Source: a virus
DNA length: 64,000 nt
IMG/VR virus record: IMGVR_UViG_3300033141_003184
Coordinates: 4,936 to 68,935 of that record
Strand: one strand, 5' to 3'
Part shown: piece after piece, positions 27,297 through 36,827 of the stretch
Position numbering within the stretch: position 1 is the stretch's first letter
Layout of the letters: every line of letters starts with the position of its first letter
The notes under the pieces: generated by a model
Databases searched by the model: none
What the model saw: the letters and a program-made list of their open reading frames with translations, nothing else
What the model was told of the DNA's origin: nothing
Translations under genes and position numbers: made by a program

Positions 27297-27956
27297 ATGA
27301 AAACAACAATCTCAAAAATCACAAGGAAAGATGTTTCTGGAACATACCTCCAGGGATACCTGTATGCCTCTTACAAAGAACTCGTGAAAGTCTTCGGAGA
27401 ACCCAACTATGGGAGATCTCCGGACGGCAAAATCCAAGTAGAATGGTGCTTAAAAATCAATGACACCATCGTTACAATCTACGATTACAAAGAGAATGTC
27501 CCTCCAGAAGAAGTCACAGAATGGCACATTGGAGGGAATTCCAGAGATGATGCTGCCACTGAAACAATCTCCTTCTTCCAAAAAGAAAGGAAGAAGCTGT
27601 ACAAAGTAGTTAACCAACTCGACAAGGAGAGCATAATACTCTCTATTGTTGAAACTAATAGATATCGACGAAAATATAACTACTCCGCTGATGAAGTCCA
27701 GCCGTGGGTGGAAACCCTTCCTAATAAAGGAGATTACATTGAGTTAGAAAATGCTCAGTGTACTGGGTTTTTCTCCGATCTTCTGTCCCGCTGGGGAACC
27801 AGGAAGGTGGGATATACTTATTGTCTTTTCATAAGCAAATGGAAAGACAAGGAAACTGGAGAAAGACTTTGTCATCTCTCTTTAGGAGATCAACAAACCA
27901 TCGGGAGAAGGTTTTATGGGATTTCTCCTAAAGTATCGAAAAACAGAAAATCATAA
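27297..27956 (+). CDS. Hypothetical two-domain protein
   Basis: GTYLQGY..ASYKELVKVFGEP..DGKIQVEW..TIYDYK..EWHIGG N-domain. Confidence 0.75.
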   Translation: MKTTISKITRKDVSGTYLQGYLYASYKELVKVFGEPNYGRSPDGKIQVEWCLKINDTIVTIYDYKENVPPEEVTEWHIGGNSRDDAATETISFFQKERKKLYKVVNQLDKESIILSIVETNRYRRKYNYSADEVQPWVETLPNKGDYIELENAQCTGFFSDLLSRWGTRKVGYTYCLFISKWKDKETGERLCHLSLGDQQTIGRRFYGISPKVSKNRKS

Positions 27957-28124
27957 AATCATGAAATACATTATCTACAACAGGCGTCTAAGGGGGTACT
28001 ATAAAGGTACCTCCCGGTATGCTGTAGAATACAGCAGTCGCAGAAGAGACGCAAAAGTTTTTCTTAAGAAACCTATTAAGAGAGACAAAGACGACGAAAT
28101 AATTAAATTAAAAAATTAAACATC

Positions 28125-28658
28125 ATGAAAACAACAATCAAATTCAATCACAATGCCGATTCTTTTGAAGAAAGTATCGGAGTTGACAAGAAGGTCTTCC
28201 TTAAAAAAATACAAGACCTTAGAGAAAACAATATCGGACCAGAGTTATCAAAGATCACTGAAGTCGTTCTCTCGGAATTCCCACCGGAAGAACAAGTATT
28301 CTTTATAGTAACTGCAGGAGCTTTTGAAGCCTACGAAATGTCCGATAAAAACAAGAAATTATTCTCACTCCTGCTTTTAACAGGTGATCCGAGTAGAGTA
28401 ACTGAAAAAGAATTAAAATTCTCATTTAATCATGAAGAGAAGATGTTCCTCAGTGCTATGTTCAAAAATCCAATGGATGCAGCCATCCTCGCCTTTCAAA
28501 AAATAAAGGACGGAGAAGAGAAATTTAGTAAAAAAAGTGCCCTATACGAATATTGGTTAACTGAATATGGATTAGAAGAGAGTCTTGTTTTAATATTCTT
28601 TCACTCAATGTTGGGGAATATTATAAAAGAAATAAGGCGAGAATATAAAAACTCATAG
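28125..28658 (+). CDS. Hypothetical protein, F[ND]H-repeat family member 3
   Basis: IKFNHNADSFEESIGVDK and internal repeat FSFNHEEKMFLSAM. Confidence 0.8.
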   Translation: MKTTIKFNHNADSFEESIGVDKKVFLKKIQDLRENNIGPELSKITEVVLSEFPPEEQVFFIVTAGAFEAYEMSDKNKKLFSLLLLTGDPSRVTEKELKFSFNHEEKMFLSAMFKNPMDAAILAFQKIKDGEEKFSKKSALYEYWLTEYGLEESLVLIFFHSMLGNIIKEIRREYKNS

Positions 28659-28696
28659 TTTCGAAAAATCTAAACACAGAAGTAAATAATCAAATT

Positions 28697-29011
28697 ATGA
28701 AAAAGAGAATAAGGGAAAAGAAGGAATATCAAACCTTCACCAAGAGGAATGTTAAAAAATTTATCGGAAAGAAAGTTAAATTCTATCAATTTCCATGGAC
28801 CGATAATCCAACAGTCGGTATAGGAATAATAGTCGGGTATGATACCGCTGGAGCAGCTATAGTAAAGGTAATCTCAGGATTCATCGGATGGAAGAGGATT
28901 ACTAACGGAAAAGAAGTTGTTGATAAAAGCAAATTTTTCCTTCCAATAGACGATGAAAACGATGAACTTTGGTTTATAGGAAGAGCTCATATTATAAAAG
29001 TCTATGAATGA
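28697..29011 (+). CDS. Hypothetical protein
   Basis: 104-aa ORF in the operon. Confidence 0.65.
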   Translation: MKKRIREKKEYQTFTKRNVKKFIGKKVKFYQFPWTDNPTVGIGIIVGYDTAGAAIVKVISGFIGWKRITNGKEVVDKSKFFLPIDDENDELWFIGRAHIIKVYE

Positions 29012-29435
29012 TTATAAGAACTACCTTAAACTAATTCAAAAAATAACCTGGTCATTCTATAAAACCACAGGGGTGGATTGGAATGATCTATTTCAAGAAG
29101 CTTTCTTTGGTTATTTGGAAGCTAAAGAGAAATATGATCCGAAGAAAGGAAAGTTTTCATCATTCTTATGGATCACTATATCAAGTAGATTAAAAAAGTA
29201 CCTACGAAAAGAAATGGAATTTAGGAAAATAGAAGTAGTAGATTGGGAATTAGAGTCATATTCGCCTCAAATTTCAATCGAAACCACAGAGATATTAAAC
29301 TCAATAGCTGAGAATATAGGAGAGTTTATTAATTTATCAAAGAAGGAAATCACAAAAAAGATTTACGAAGTAATGCTAAAGAAAGGATGGTCATTTACTA
29401 AAACCAAGGAAGTCCTACAAGAATTATGGATATAA
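29004..29435 (+). CDS. Sigma-70 region 2-containing protein (phage sigma factor-like)
   Basis: DWNDLFQEAFFGYLEAKEKYDPKKGKFSSFLW. Confidence 0.8.
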   Translation: MNDYKNYLKLIQKITWSFYKTTGVDWNDLFQEAFFGYLEAKEKYDPKKGKFSSFLWITISSRLKKYLRKEMEFRKIEVVDWELESYSPQISIETTEILNSIAENIGEFINLSKKEITKKIYEVMLKKGWSFTKTKEVLQELWI

Positions 29436-30355
29436 TAAGATTATACCAAGATTACGGAGTAAATTACAAAACAGAAGGACATAAACATTGTCGTCCAGGT
29501 TGGGTAAATACGGAATGTCCATTTTGTACCGGGAATCCTGGTTATCATTTGGGGTATAATCTTAAAGGAAACTTCTTTACTTGTTGGCGGTGCGGATGGC
29601 ATCCTGTTATTCCAACCATAGCGAAATTGATAGGAACTTCCGTTCAGGAAGCTAAGAGGATAGTATCCAGTTATGGAATGTACATTCCAAAGAACGAGAA
29701 GATAGAGCTAATAGAACAAAGGAATGAACACAAATTACCATCAGGAGCAGGTCCATTATCTCGTCAACATAAGAAGTACTTGGAAAAAAGGGGGTTTGAT
29801 CCTGATAAACTGGAGAGAGAGTGGAATTTGTTAGGAACGGGTCCGGTAAGCAAATTAGATAATTCCGATTATAAACATAGAATAATAATTCCATACATAT
29901 GGAAAAGACAACAAGTATCATTTCAATCACGTGATATTACTGGGAAATCACCAGCAAAATATAAAGCATGTCCAACTAACAGAGAGTTAATTCATCATAA
30001 ACATATACTCTATGGTGATGAACGATTGTGGGGAATGGAAGGTATATGCGTGGAAGGTCCGATAGATGTTTGGAAACTCGGAAAGAAGGCGTTTGCCGTA
30101 TCAGGAATAAAGTACACAAGATATCAATTACTGGAAATCTCAAGGAGATTTAAGCGAGTATTTGTTGTCTTTGATAATGAATCACAAGCAATCTCACAAG
30201 CTGAAAAATTAGCTGGTGATTTGCGATTTCTCGGTGTGGAAACCATAAGAATCCAAGTAGACGATGATCCGGGAAACATGAATTTAGATGATGCTGAGCA
30301 CTTTGTACGTCAATTATTATCAAGAAGATATAAAATAACGATAAAAAAATATTGA
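29426..30355 (+). CDS. DNA primase (Zn finger plus TOPRIM)
   Basis: CPFC...CWRCG; VEGPIDV; VFDNE; DDPG. Confidence 0.88.
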   Translation: MDIIRLYQDYGVNYKTEGHKHCRPGWVNTECPFCTGNPGYHLGYNLKGNFFTCWRCGWHPVIPTIAKLIGTSVQEAKRIVSSYGMYIPKNEKIELIEQRNEHKLPSGAGPLSRQHKKYLEKRGFDPDKLEREWNLLGTGPVSKLDNSDYKHRIIIPYIWKRQQVSFQSRDITGKSPAKYKACPTNRELIHHKHILYGDERLWGMEGICVEGPIDVWKLGKKAFAVSGIKYTRYQLLEISRRFKRVFVVFDNESQAISQAEKLAGDLRFLGVETIRIQVDDDPGNMNLDDAEHFVRQLLSRRYKITIKKY

Positions 30356-30362
30356 ATATTAT

Positions 30363-30393
30363 TTTGATCTTCAAGGATTTATATTTATTTTTG
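30363..30393 (+). promoter_or_regulatory. Canonical Bacteroidota sigma70 promoter
   Basis: TTTG(30363-66)-N19-TATTTTTG(30386-93). Confidence 0.65.
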
Positions 30394-30416
30394 GGTGATC
30401 CATAATTGATAAATTT

Positions 30417-30515
30417 AATGGTGATGAATATTAGTGAGACATAATTTTTAGGAAATCCCGGGAGGAGAACCTATCAACCATATTCATCACCATTCCTCCC
30501 GGGTATTTCCTTTTT
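30417..30515 (+). promoter_or_regulatory. Attenuator-like leader: terminator hairpin whose loop is complementary to the upstream leader
   Basis: AATGGTGATGAATAT(30417-31)/ATATTCATCACCATT(30480-94); stem AGGAAATCCCGGGAGGA/TCCTCCCGGGTATTTCCT plus T tract. Confidence 0.7.
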
Positions 30516-30535
30516 AATATTAAGAACTCTGACAA

Positions 30536-30883
30536 ATGTTACCTGATGGTTGGGAAATAAGGAGGGTTGGTCGTAGAATCTTATCACATCCGATTTTAAG
30601 TAAATCGGCTAAACTTCTTTATACATCTATATTATTGAATACAAATGATGGGAGAACAGTCAGAGATTTGGAAGATATGCGATATTCCCTTAAAATAACA
30701 AAATCTGATTTTGAAAGAGCTAAAAAAGAATTAATAGAATACGGATTAATCAAAAAAGAAAAAAGACACTGGATATTTTACAGGAACCCTCATCCCAGGA
30801 ATGGGAAGGTTATAAGAGATATATTAGATTGGTGTATGATGGTTCCTAAGGGAGAGGAATCTCCATGTATAAGTATGAATTAA
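30536..30883 (+). CDS. Small winged-HTH protein
   Basis: LSKSAKLLY...FERAKKELIEYGLIKK. Confidence 0.7.
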   Translation: MLPDGWEIRRVGRRILSHPILSKSAKLLYTSILLNTNDGRTVRDLEDMRYSLKITKSDFERAKKELIEYGLIKKEKRHWIFYRNPHPRNGKVIRDILDWCMMVPKGEESPCISMN

Positions 30884-30914
30884 ATAAATGTAAAAATAAT
30901 TTGGAGGATTAGTT

Positions 30915-32081
30915 ATGGAAAAGTATGATACTATGGAAAATGTTCTATTGGAGAAAGGTTGGAATGGTGTAATTCCATATCAATCACAATCAAACTATGT
31001 TTTATTTTCAAAAACCCTGAGCGACTCCTCAAAAGTGGCTTATTTCATCATGATTTCATTAATGGGAAGTGGAATAGAGGTATCACCAAAAATCATCCAG
31101 GAAAAAATGGGATGTGGAAAACAGAAAATGGGAACAATAACTAAAGAGTTGAGAAAAGAAGGATTATTAGAATCAATTCCAGATTATGACAAAAGTACAA
31201 AACGATTTATCGGATCACATTGGAAAGTGAATTTACCTGAAAATTCCAAATACCTACCAGACCACCAGACACCCCCGCCCACCAGACAACCCTGCCAAGC
31301 GGGGGTGTCTGGTCCTTACTTTACTAATAACATTAATACACATAATATCATAGATATTATATATACTAATAACATTAACAAAGAGTATATATCTAATATC
31401 ATTGGTCGAGATAAAAATTTACCTAAATCTTCCAAAAGAACTAATTCTTCCAAACCTCTTAGCAGGAAAAGTACAAAACCTAAACACATAACCGTCCAAC
31501 CCTTACTAAATTCCTCCTCCAATGAAATTATTTCAATGGAATCGGAATTTAGTTCAGAAACTAAGGAACACCCAAATTCGAAAACCAGAGAACACCCGCA
31601 AGTTTCACAAGAGGAACACCTCCAAATGTTAAAGTATGAACATCGGGCGAGGCGCCTCGCTCACGACATTCGTAGGTCAAAAAACATAAAGTTTACCACC
31701 AGACAAAAAAAGTCGTGGGCTATGGATATTAAGAGACTTGTCGAACAAAACGAGGTTTCTCTCCAACGCATAGATAAAGTTCTAAAGTGGTATGAGGGGA
31801 GACTCGGAGGAAGATATGTTCCAGTTGTTGAGTCGGGAAGAGCGTTCCGTGAGAAGTTTATTCGATTGGAGTTGGCTATGTATAGAGAAAAAAGAGAGGA
31901 AAGGGAAAGAAATCAAGAACAGAAAAGTTTTTATGGAGAACCAATAGAAACCAAACCAAAGACCCAACGAAAAATGAGTCCGGATATTATAACAAAAGAG
32001 GATAGACCTTCATTTCTTTATCCGTCCTGGAAGATTGTTGACGAAGAAGAAGAGGAACGGAGCTTATTAGAAAAGATTTAA
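30915..32081 (+). CDS. Replication initiator-like HTH protein
   Basis: N-terminal wHTH (LSDSSKVAY...KELRKEGLL), low-complexity linker with DNA repeats, C-terminal domain; upstream of the helicase. Confidence 0.7.
   Translation: MEKYDTMENVLLEKGWNGVIPYQSQSNYVLFSKTLSDSSKVAYFIMISLMGSGIEVSPKIIQEKMGCGKQKMGTITKELRKEGLLESIPDYDKSTKRFIGSHWKVNLPENSKYLPDHQTPPPTRQPCQAGVSGPYFTNNINTHNIIDIIYTNNINKEYISNIIGRDKNLPKSSKRTNSSKPLSRKSTKPKHITVQPLLNSSSNEIISMESEFSSETKEHPNSKTREHPQVSQEEHLQMLKYEHRARRLAHDIRRSKNIKFTTRQKKSWAMDIKRLVEQNEVSLQRIDKVLKWYEGRLGGRYVPVVESGRAFREKFIRLELAMYREKREERERNQEQKSFYGEPIETKPKTQRKMSPDIITKEDRPSFLYPSWKIVDEEEEERSLLEKI
31256..31627. repeat. Probable replication origin within the initiator gene
   Basis: 15-bp IR ACCAGACACCCCCGC (31264-78/31299-313); ACCAGAC x3; TACTAATAACATTAA x2 in an AT-rich tract; GAACACC x3 at ~24-bp spacing (31565-31620). 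Confidence 0.6.
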
Positions 32082-32150
32082 GGGATTTTTACGGGTCAGA
32101 TGGTATAAGACATTGGTGATGGAGTAAAAGCAAAAAGTACGTAGGTAAAA

Positions 32151-33710
32151 ATGGCTAATACAGACATGTTTGAGCGTAGGATCATAATCGGGCTGATAAC
32201 CTCCACTAAATTTCTCCAGAATATAGAAGAAGTTTGGGATTCATCATTATTGGAATCCTCCATAGCAAGAAGAGTAGCAGATTGGGTATGGGAATACTTT
32301 CAGAAATTTGGGAAAGCTCCGGGAAAGGATATGGAAAATATATATCTTTCCAAATTGAAGGATGGAGAGATACCTGATCAGTTATCGGACGAGATAGAAA
32401 GTGGAGTGTTGTCAGGGTTATCGGAAGAGAGTATAGAAGAACCTATTAATGTTGATTATCTGCTTGAGCAGACCTTCCGATATCTTAACGAAAGAAAGTT
32501 GTTACTACATGCCAGTGGGATTCGATCATTAATAGCAGAGGGAAAGCTGGAAGAGGCTAACAAATTGGCTTGTGGATATTCTCCGATAGAAAGTTCAGGA
32601 GAGACTGACATTGATTTATCAAATCCAAAAGTATTACCGAGGATTAAGAAAGCTTTTGATATTCCAAAGGATATTCTTGTAAAATATCCTAAACAGTTAG
32701 GAGAGTTTTGGAATCACCAGTTCATAAGGGGAGGATTCATAGCGTTTCTTGCTCCTGAAAAAAGAGGGAAATCATTTTGGTTGTTAGATGTAGCTGTAAG
32801 GGCATATAGACAAAAGAGAAGGGTGGCTTTCTTTCAGGCGGGTGATATGACTGAAGATCAACAATTAAGAAGGATAAGCATATATCTCACCAAAAAGAGT
32901 GATCTTGCTAAGTATTCGGGAAAACAATGGGAGGTGGTAAGAGATTGTGTTTATAATCAGTTAAATACTTGTAGTAAGAAGGAAAGGGAAAGTGATTTTG
33001 GAGTATTTGATGGAGAATCGAAGCATGATTTGAAAGAGAAGACGGTAGATGATCTCATAGAGGCCTATAAAAATAATCCTGATTACAAACCATGTTATAA
33101 TTGTCCGCAGTATGAGAGCAGTAGATGGGGAGTTCCTTGGGTGAAGGAATTAGACATGGGAGAACCACTAACGGCAAAAGAGGCTATGCGTAGTGTTCAG
33201 AAGTTTTTTGTGAAGAGTGGAAGATCGTTTAAGTTGTCTACTCATCCGAATAATACTTTAACAGTTCAAAAGATTAGATCGATCTTGATGCAGTGGGAAA
33301 AGAGGGATGGATTTGTTCCTGATTTGATCGTAATCGACTATGCTGACATTATGGATCATCCGGGAAGATTGGAATTCAGACATAAACAAAATGAGATTTG
33401 GAAGGGATTAAGAAGCATATCGCAAGAATGGCATTGTTTAGTAGTTACAGCTACCCAGGCTGATGCTGGTAGTTATAGAACGGAGATATTAAGAATGTCG
33501 AATTTCTCAGAGGATAAGCGTAAGCTTGCTCATGTGACAGCTATGTACGGATTAAATCAGGACCCGAGCGATAGAGAAAAGAAGATAGGATTAATGAGGA
33601 TAAACGAGATAGCTATAAGGGAAGGTGATTTTACAAGTTCAAATAAAATAACAATACTACAAGACTTAAAACGGGGACGACCGTTCTTAGGTAGTTTCTG
33701 GTCTATTTGA
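32151..33710 (+). CDS. DnaB-like replicative helicase
   Basis: APEKRGKS Walker A, IVIDYADIM Walker B, VVTATQ; Cys-rich insertion. Confidence 0.88.
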   Translation: MANTDMFERRIIIGLITSTKFLQNIEEVWDSSLLESSIARRVADWVWEYFQKFGKAPGKDMENIYLSKLKDGEIPDQLSDEIESGVLSGLSEESIEEPINVDYLLEQTFRYLNERKLLLHASGIRSLIAEGKLEEANKLACGYSPIESSGETDIDLSNPKVLPRIKKAFDIPKDILVKYPKQLGEFWNHQFIRGGFIAFLAPEKRGKSFWLLDVAVRAYRQKRRVAFFQAGDMTEDQQLRRISIYLTKKSDLAKYSGKQWEVVRDCVYNQLNTCSKKERESDFGVFDGESKHDLKEKTVDDLIEAYKNNPDYKPCYNCPQYESSRWGVPWVKELDMGEPLTAKEAMRSVQKFFVKSGRSFKLSTHPNNTLTVQKIRSILMQWEKRDGFVPDLIVIDYADIMDHPGRLEFRHKQNEIWKGLRSISQEWHCLVVTATQADAGSYRTEILRMSNFSEDKRKLAHVTAMYGLNQDPSDREKKIGLMRINEIAIREGDFTSSNKITILQDLKRGRPFLGSFWSI

Positions 33711-33943
33711 TGTTTAATTAAAATTTTTTGTTATGGAAGAGAATTACAAAAAAATCAGAAAGATTAACGAAGGAATACTTAATACTCTCAAGTACTTGAG
33801 AGAGATAGACCTTCCGGAGGATTCTCAACAAAGACTCATTCTCTATCTCACTAAAGTGAGCAAAGAACTTCAACTGGTTATGTTGGAACAGCTCCAATTA
33901 GAAGAAGAGTTAGTATGAAAATTAATCAGTAAAAATTAAAATT

Positions 33944-34306
33944 ATGTATGCAATCACAAAGGAATTTACATTTGCTGCTGGACATTTCTTGGAAAAGCTC
34001 CCTTTCGAGCATAAATGTTCCAGATTACACGGGCACAATTACTCAGTTATCGTGGAGTTACGTTCAGACTCTCTCAATGCATCAGATTTCGTATTGGATT
34101 ATGACGAGTTACGTCATTCAATCGGGAAATGGTTAGACGAGCATTGGGATCATAGGGTTCTTAATGATGTGATGTCTGTTAATCCATCTGCTGAGAATAT
34201 GGCAAAAGTATTATATCGGATATTCAAAACCTTATTTCCAAATCTCCTGTACTCTGTTACAGTAAAGGAGACAGATAAAACAACTGCTAAATATTGGGAA
34301 GAATGA
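33944..34306 (+). CDS. queD: 6-carboxytetrahydropterin synthase
   Basis: FAAGH...KCSRLHGHNY...DHRVLN...PSAEN...VKET. Confidence 0.93.
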   Translation: MYAITKEFTFAAGHFLEKLPFEHKCSRLHGHNYSVIVELRSDSLNASDFVLDYDELRHSIGKWLDEHWDHRVLNDVMSVNPSAENMAKVLYRIFKTLFPNLLYSVTVKETDKTTAKYWEE

Positions 34307-35091
34307 GTAAGAAAATAATTAGCTTTGGAGAATTAAGAAGTCCTTACGATAATTTAATTAGTCGCCTAAAGCCGGGAAAGGAAAATGAGCCAAAATTATT
34401 TGTGTCGGAATTATTTTCGGAAACTATACAAGGGGAGGGGGTTACAGTAGGTACTCCTGCTGTGTTCCTAAGATTAGGTGGGTGTACATTAAACTGCTCC
34501 TGGTGTGACACCAAAGAAATATGGAATACCGGTAAGAAGTATCCTATTTCTACATTGGCAGGAATTATGAATATCTCGGGAATTTTAGCAGACTTTACAT
34601 TCTATAACTCTTTTGTAATTACCGGTGGTAGTCCTCTGTTACAACAAAAGGGGATAATAAAGCTGTTACATACTATTAAAAGAGAGTTTAATATTTCTCC
34701 TTCTGTGGAAATAGAGAATGAGTGTGTAATCAAACCAGACAAAAGACTTATTCCTTTGGTTGATGTTTGGAATAATTCCCCAAAGTTGAGTAATTCCGGT
34801 AATCCAAAGGATAAAAGGTATAAGCCAGATATAATAGAATTCACTGCTAATCTTCCTAATTCATGGTTTAAGTTTGTAGCAGGTTCAGAAAAGGATATTA
34901 AAGAAATAATGGATGATTTTTTGTTCCCTAAACTGATTCGAAGGGAGCAGGTTTTGCTTATGCCGGAAGGAAACACCAGAAGGAAGCAAAGGGGAAATAG
35001 TGAAAGAGTAATTGAGTGGTGTAGAAAATATGGATTTCGTTATTCTCCACGACTCCAGGTTCTCCTTTGGGATGATTCTTTGTCGGTTTAA
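34303..35091 (+). CDS. queE: 7-carboxy-7-deazaguanine synthase (radical SAM)
   Basis: TIQGEG, FLRLGGCTLNCSWCDT (CxxxCxxC), ITGG.PLLQ, SPKL, LMPEG, SPRLQ. Confidence 0.92.
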   Translation: MSKKIISFGELRSPYDNLISRLKPGKENEPKLFVSELFSETIQGEGVTVGTPAVFLRLGGCTLNCSWCDTKEIWNTGKKYPISTLAGIMNISGILADFTFYNSFVITGGSPLLQQKGIIKLLHTIKREFNISPSVEIENECVIKPDKRLIPLVDVWNNSPKLSNSGNPKDKRYKPDIIEFTANLPNSWFKFVAGSEKDIKEIMDDFLFPKLIRREQVLLMPEGNTRRKQRGNSERVIEWCRKYGFRYSPRLQVLLWDDSLSV

Positions 35092-35166
35092 TTTTTCTCG
35101 AGAATTCCAAATTATTTTATTTGGTTTGGATATTATAATAATAGATAACTTAAAAAATATTTGATT

Positions 35167-35667
35167 ATGTCTACCAAAATTTCAAGAAAACAGCTTGAGA
35201 AGGTCGCTCAGGAACTGAATGACGTTCTCGGATTAAAGCCTCCGATATCTATTAGTAAAGATGACAGAAGATTATTGGAGGGTGTTCGTCGTGGTATCAG
35301 GTACATTGACTGGGAAGCCGATGAATTTTCTGAAGAGACTTCCGATCTTATCAATAAGATTATTGAGGATTGGGCAGAGGAATATGAGAAAAGGGAAGAA
35401 GAAAAGAAGAAGGCTAAAGAAAAAGAACCAAAAAAGAAAGAGAGGAAATCTAAGACCGGAGCGGTAACTAAGAAATCGGTTATTGTGGATATGATTTCCA
35501 GGGAAGGTGGAGCTTCTATTGAAGAAATCTCCAGAGAGATTGAACGACTCGGGATCGATTCAGATCACGAGAAAAACCTTCGGGTGGTTCGTCTTTGGTT
35601 ACGGAAGATGGGATATGATGTAAGATTAAAAGAAGTGGGAAATACTGATAAAATTCGTAAAAAGTGA
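35167..35667 (+). CDS. Two-domain protein with C-terminal DUF3489-like wHTH, paralogue 3
   Basis: C-terminus TKKSVIVDMISREGGASIEEISREIERLGIDSDHEKNLRVVRLWLRKMG. Confidence 0.8.
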   Translation: MSTKISRKQLEKVAQELNDVLGLKPPISISKDDRRLLEGVRRGIRYIDWEADEFSEETSDLINKIIEDWAEEYEKREEEKKKAKEKEPKKKERKSKTGAVTKKSVIVDMISREGGASIEEISREIERLGIDSDHEKNLRVVRLWLRKMGYDVRLKEVGNTDKIRKK

Positions 35668-36140
35668 TAAACGATTCTATTTATTCAAGTAGATCGTCAA
35701 TGTGGGAAACCCCGTGGGATTTGTTTCGATCTTTAGATAGGGAATTCCATTTCCAAGTGGATGTTTGCGCTATTAAGGAAAATGCTAAATGCCCTACTTT
35801 CTTCTCTCCGGAAATCAATGGTTTGAAACAAGACTGGACAAGGTTCTCTTCTTGTTTTATGAATCCCCCGTACGGAAGAGAAATAAGTCGTTGGGTAAGG
35901 AAAGCTTATGAGGAGTCAAAGAAGGGAACTACAGTAGTAGCTCTTCTACCAGCAAGGACTGATACCCGCTGGTTTCATAATTATATTTATAAAAAGGAAG
36001 GAGTAGAAATTCGGTTTCTAAAGGGGAGATTGAAATTTATGAATAGAACATTACCATCATATAGAAGTGATGGTAAATTTAGGATTTCGAATGCTCCATT
36101 TCCATCAATGATAGTGGTATTCAAAAACGGGGAAAAATGA
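35664..36140 (+). CDS. Phage N6-adenine DNA methyltransferase (T1/HP1 Dam-family)
   Basis: WETP..LF, DVCA..NAKC, MNPPYG, LLPARTDTRWFH, GRLKF, APFPS. Confidence 0.9.
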   Translation: MINDSIYSSRSSMWETPWDLFRSLDREFHFQVDVCAIKENAKCPTFFSPEINGLKQDWTRFSSCFMNPPYGREISRWVRKAYEESKKGTTVVALLPARTDTRWFHNYIYKKEGVEIRFLKGRLKFMNRTLPSYRSDGKFRISNAPFPSMIVVFKNGEK

Positions 36141-36143
36141 GCT

Positions 36144-36827
36144 ATGATGCGGACTTGTGCTGTTTGTGGGAGAAAGATGAAAGCAGTTAATTCCTCTCAT
36201 TTACGTAGTGTTCATAATATGACGAAAGAGGAGTATTTTAAATTATTTCCTGATGGTGATTTCGGACAGGATAAATATGAATTAACTAAGGAACAACGCA
36301 AGAAGATATCTGATGCTCAACGTGGTAGAAAAAAATCTCCGAAGGAGTTAAAGAAGATATCGAGACTTGGGTGGCATCACTCAGAAGAAACTAAAGCAAA
36401 GATGTCAGCTACCAGAAAAGGTAGGAAGGCTTGGAATAAAGGATTAACAGGTACATTTAAACATACAGAGGAATATAAAAGGAAGATGAGTAAACAACAA
36501 GCCAAATTGATCGCTGAAAGGAGTCGTGGATCACCTACTTCGATAGAGTTAAAAATTAAAGAGATTTTAATTGACATTGGGATAGAATTCAAACAACAAT
36601 TTATCATTGGTAGAAAGTTCTCAGTTGATTTTTTTGTCCCAAAAGCAAATCTCATTATTGAATGTAATGGAGATTACTGGCATAATAGGGAGGATATAAA
36701 AAAGAAGGATAAAAGAAAAATGAAATACTTGGAAGTTTGTGGATTTAATATCTTGATATTGTGGGAACATGAAATAAATTCTGATATTACTAAATGTAAA
36801 CAAAAGATAATTGATAGAATACAATGA
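36144..36827 (+). CDS. Free-standing homing endonuclease-like protein (Zn finger, NUMOD3, DUF559/Vsr-like nuclease)
   Basis: CAVC..HLRSVH; HHSEETKAKMS and HTEEYKRKMS; VDFF..IIECNGDYWH..LILWEHE. Confidence 0.85.
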   Translation: MMRTCAVCGRKMKAVNSSHLRSVHNMTKEEYFKLFPDGDFGQDKYELTKEQRKKISDAQRGRKKSPKELKKISRLGWHHSEETKAKMSATRKGRKAWNKGLTGTFKHTEEYKRKMSKQQAKLIAERSRGSPTSIELKIKEILIDIGIEFKQQFIIGRKFSVDFFVPKANLIIECNGDYWHNREDIKKKDKRKMKYLEVCGFNILILWEHEINSDITKCKQKIIDRIQ

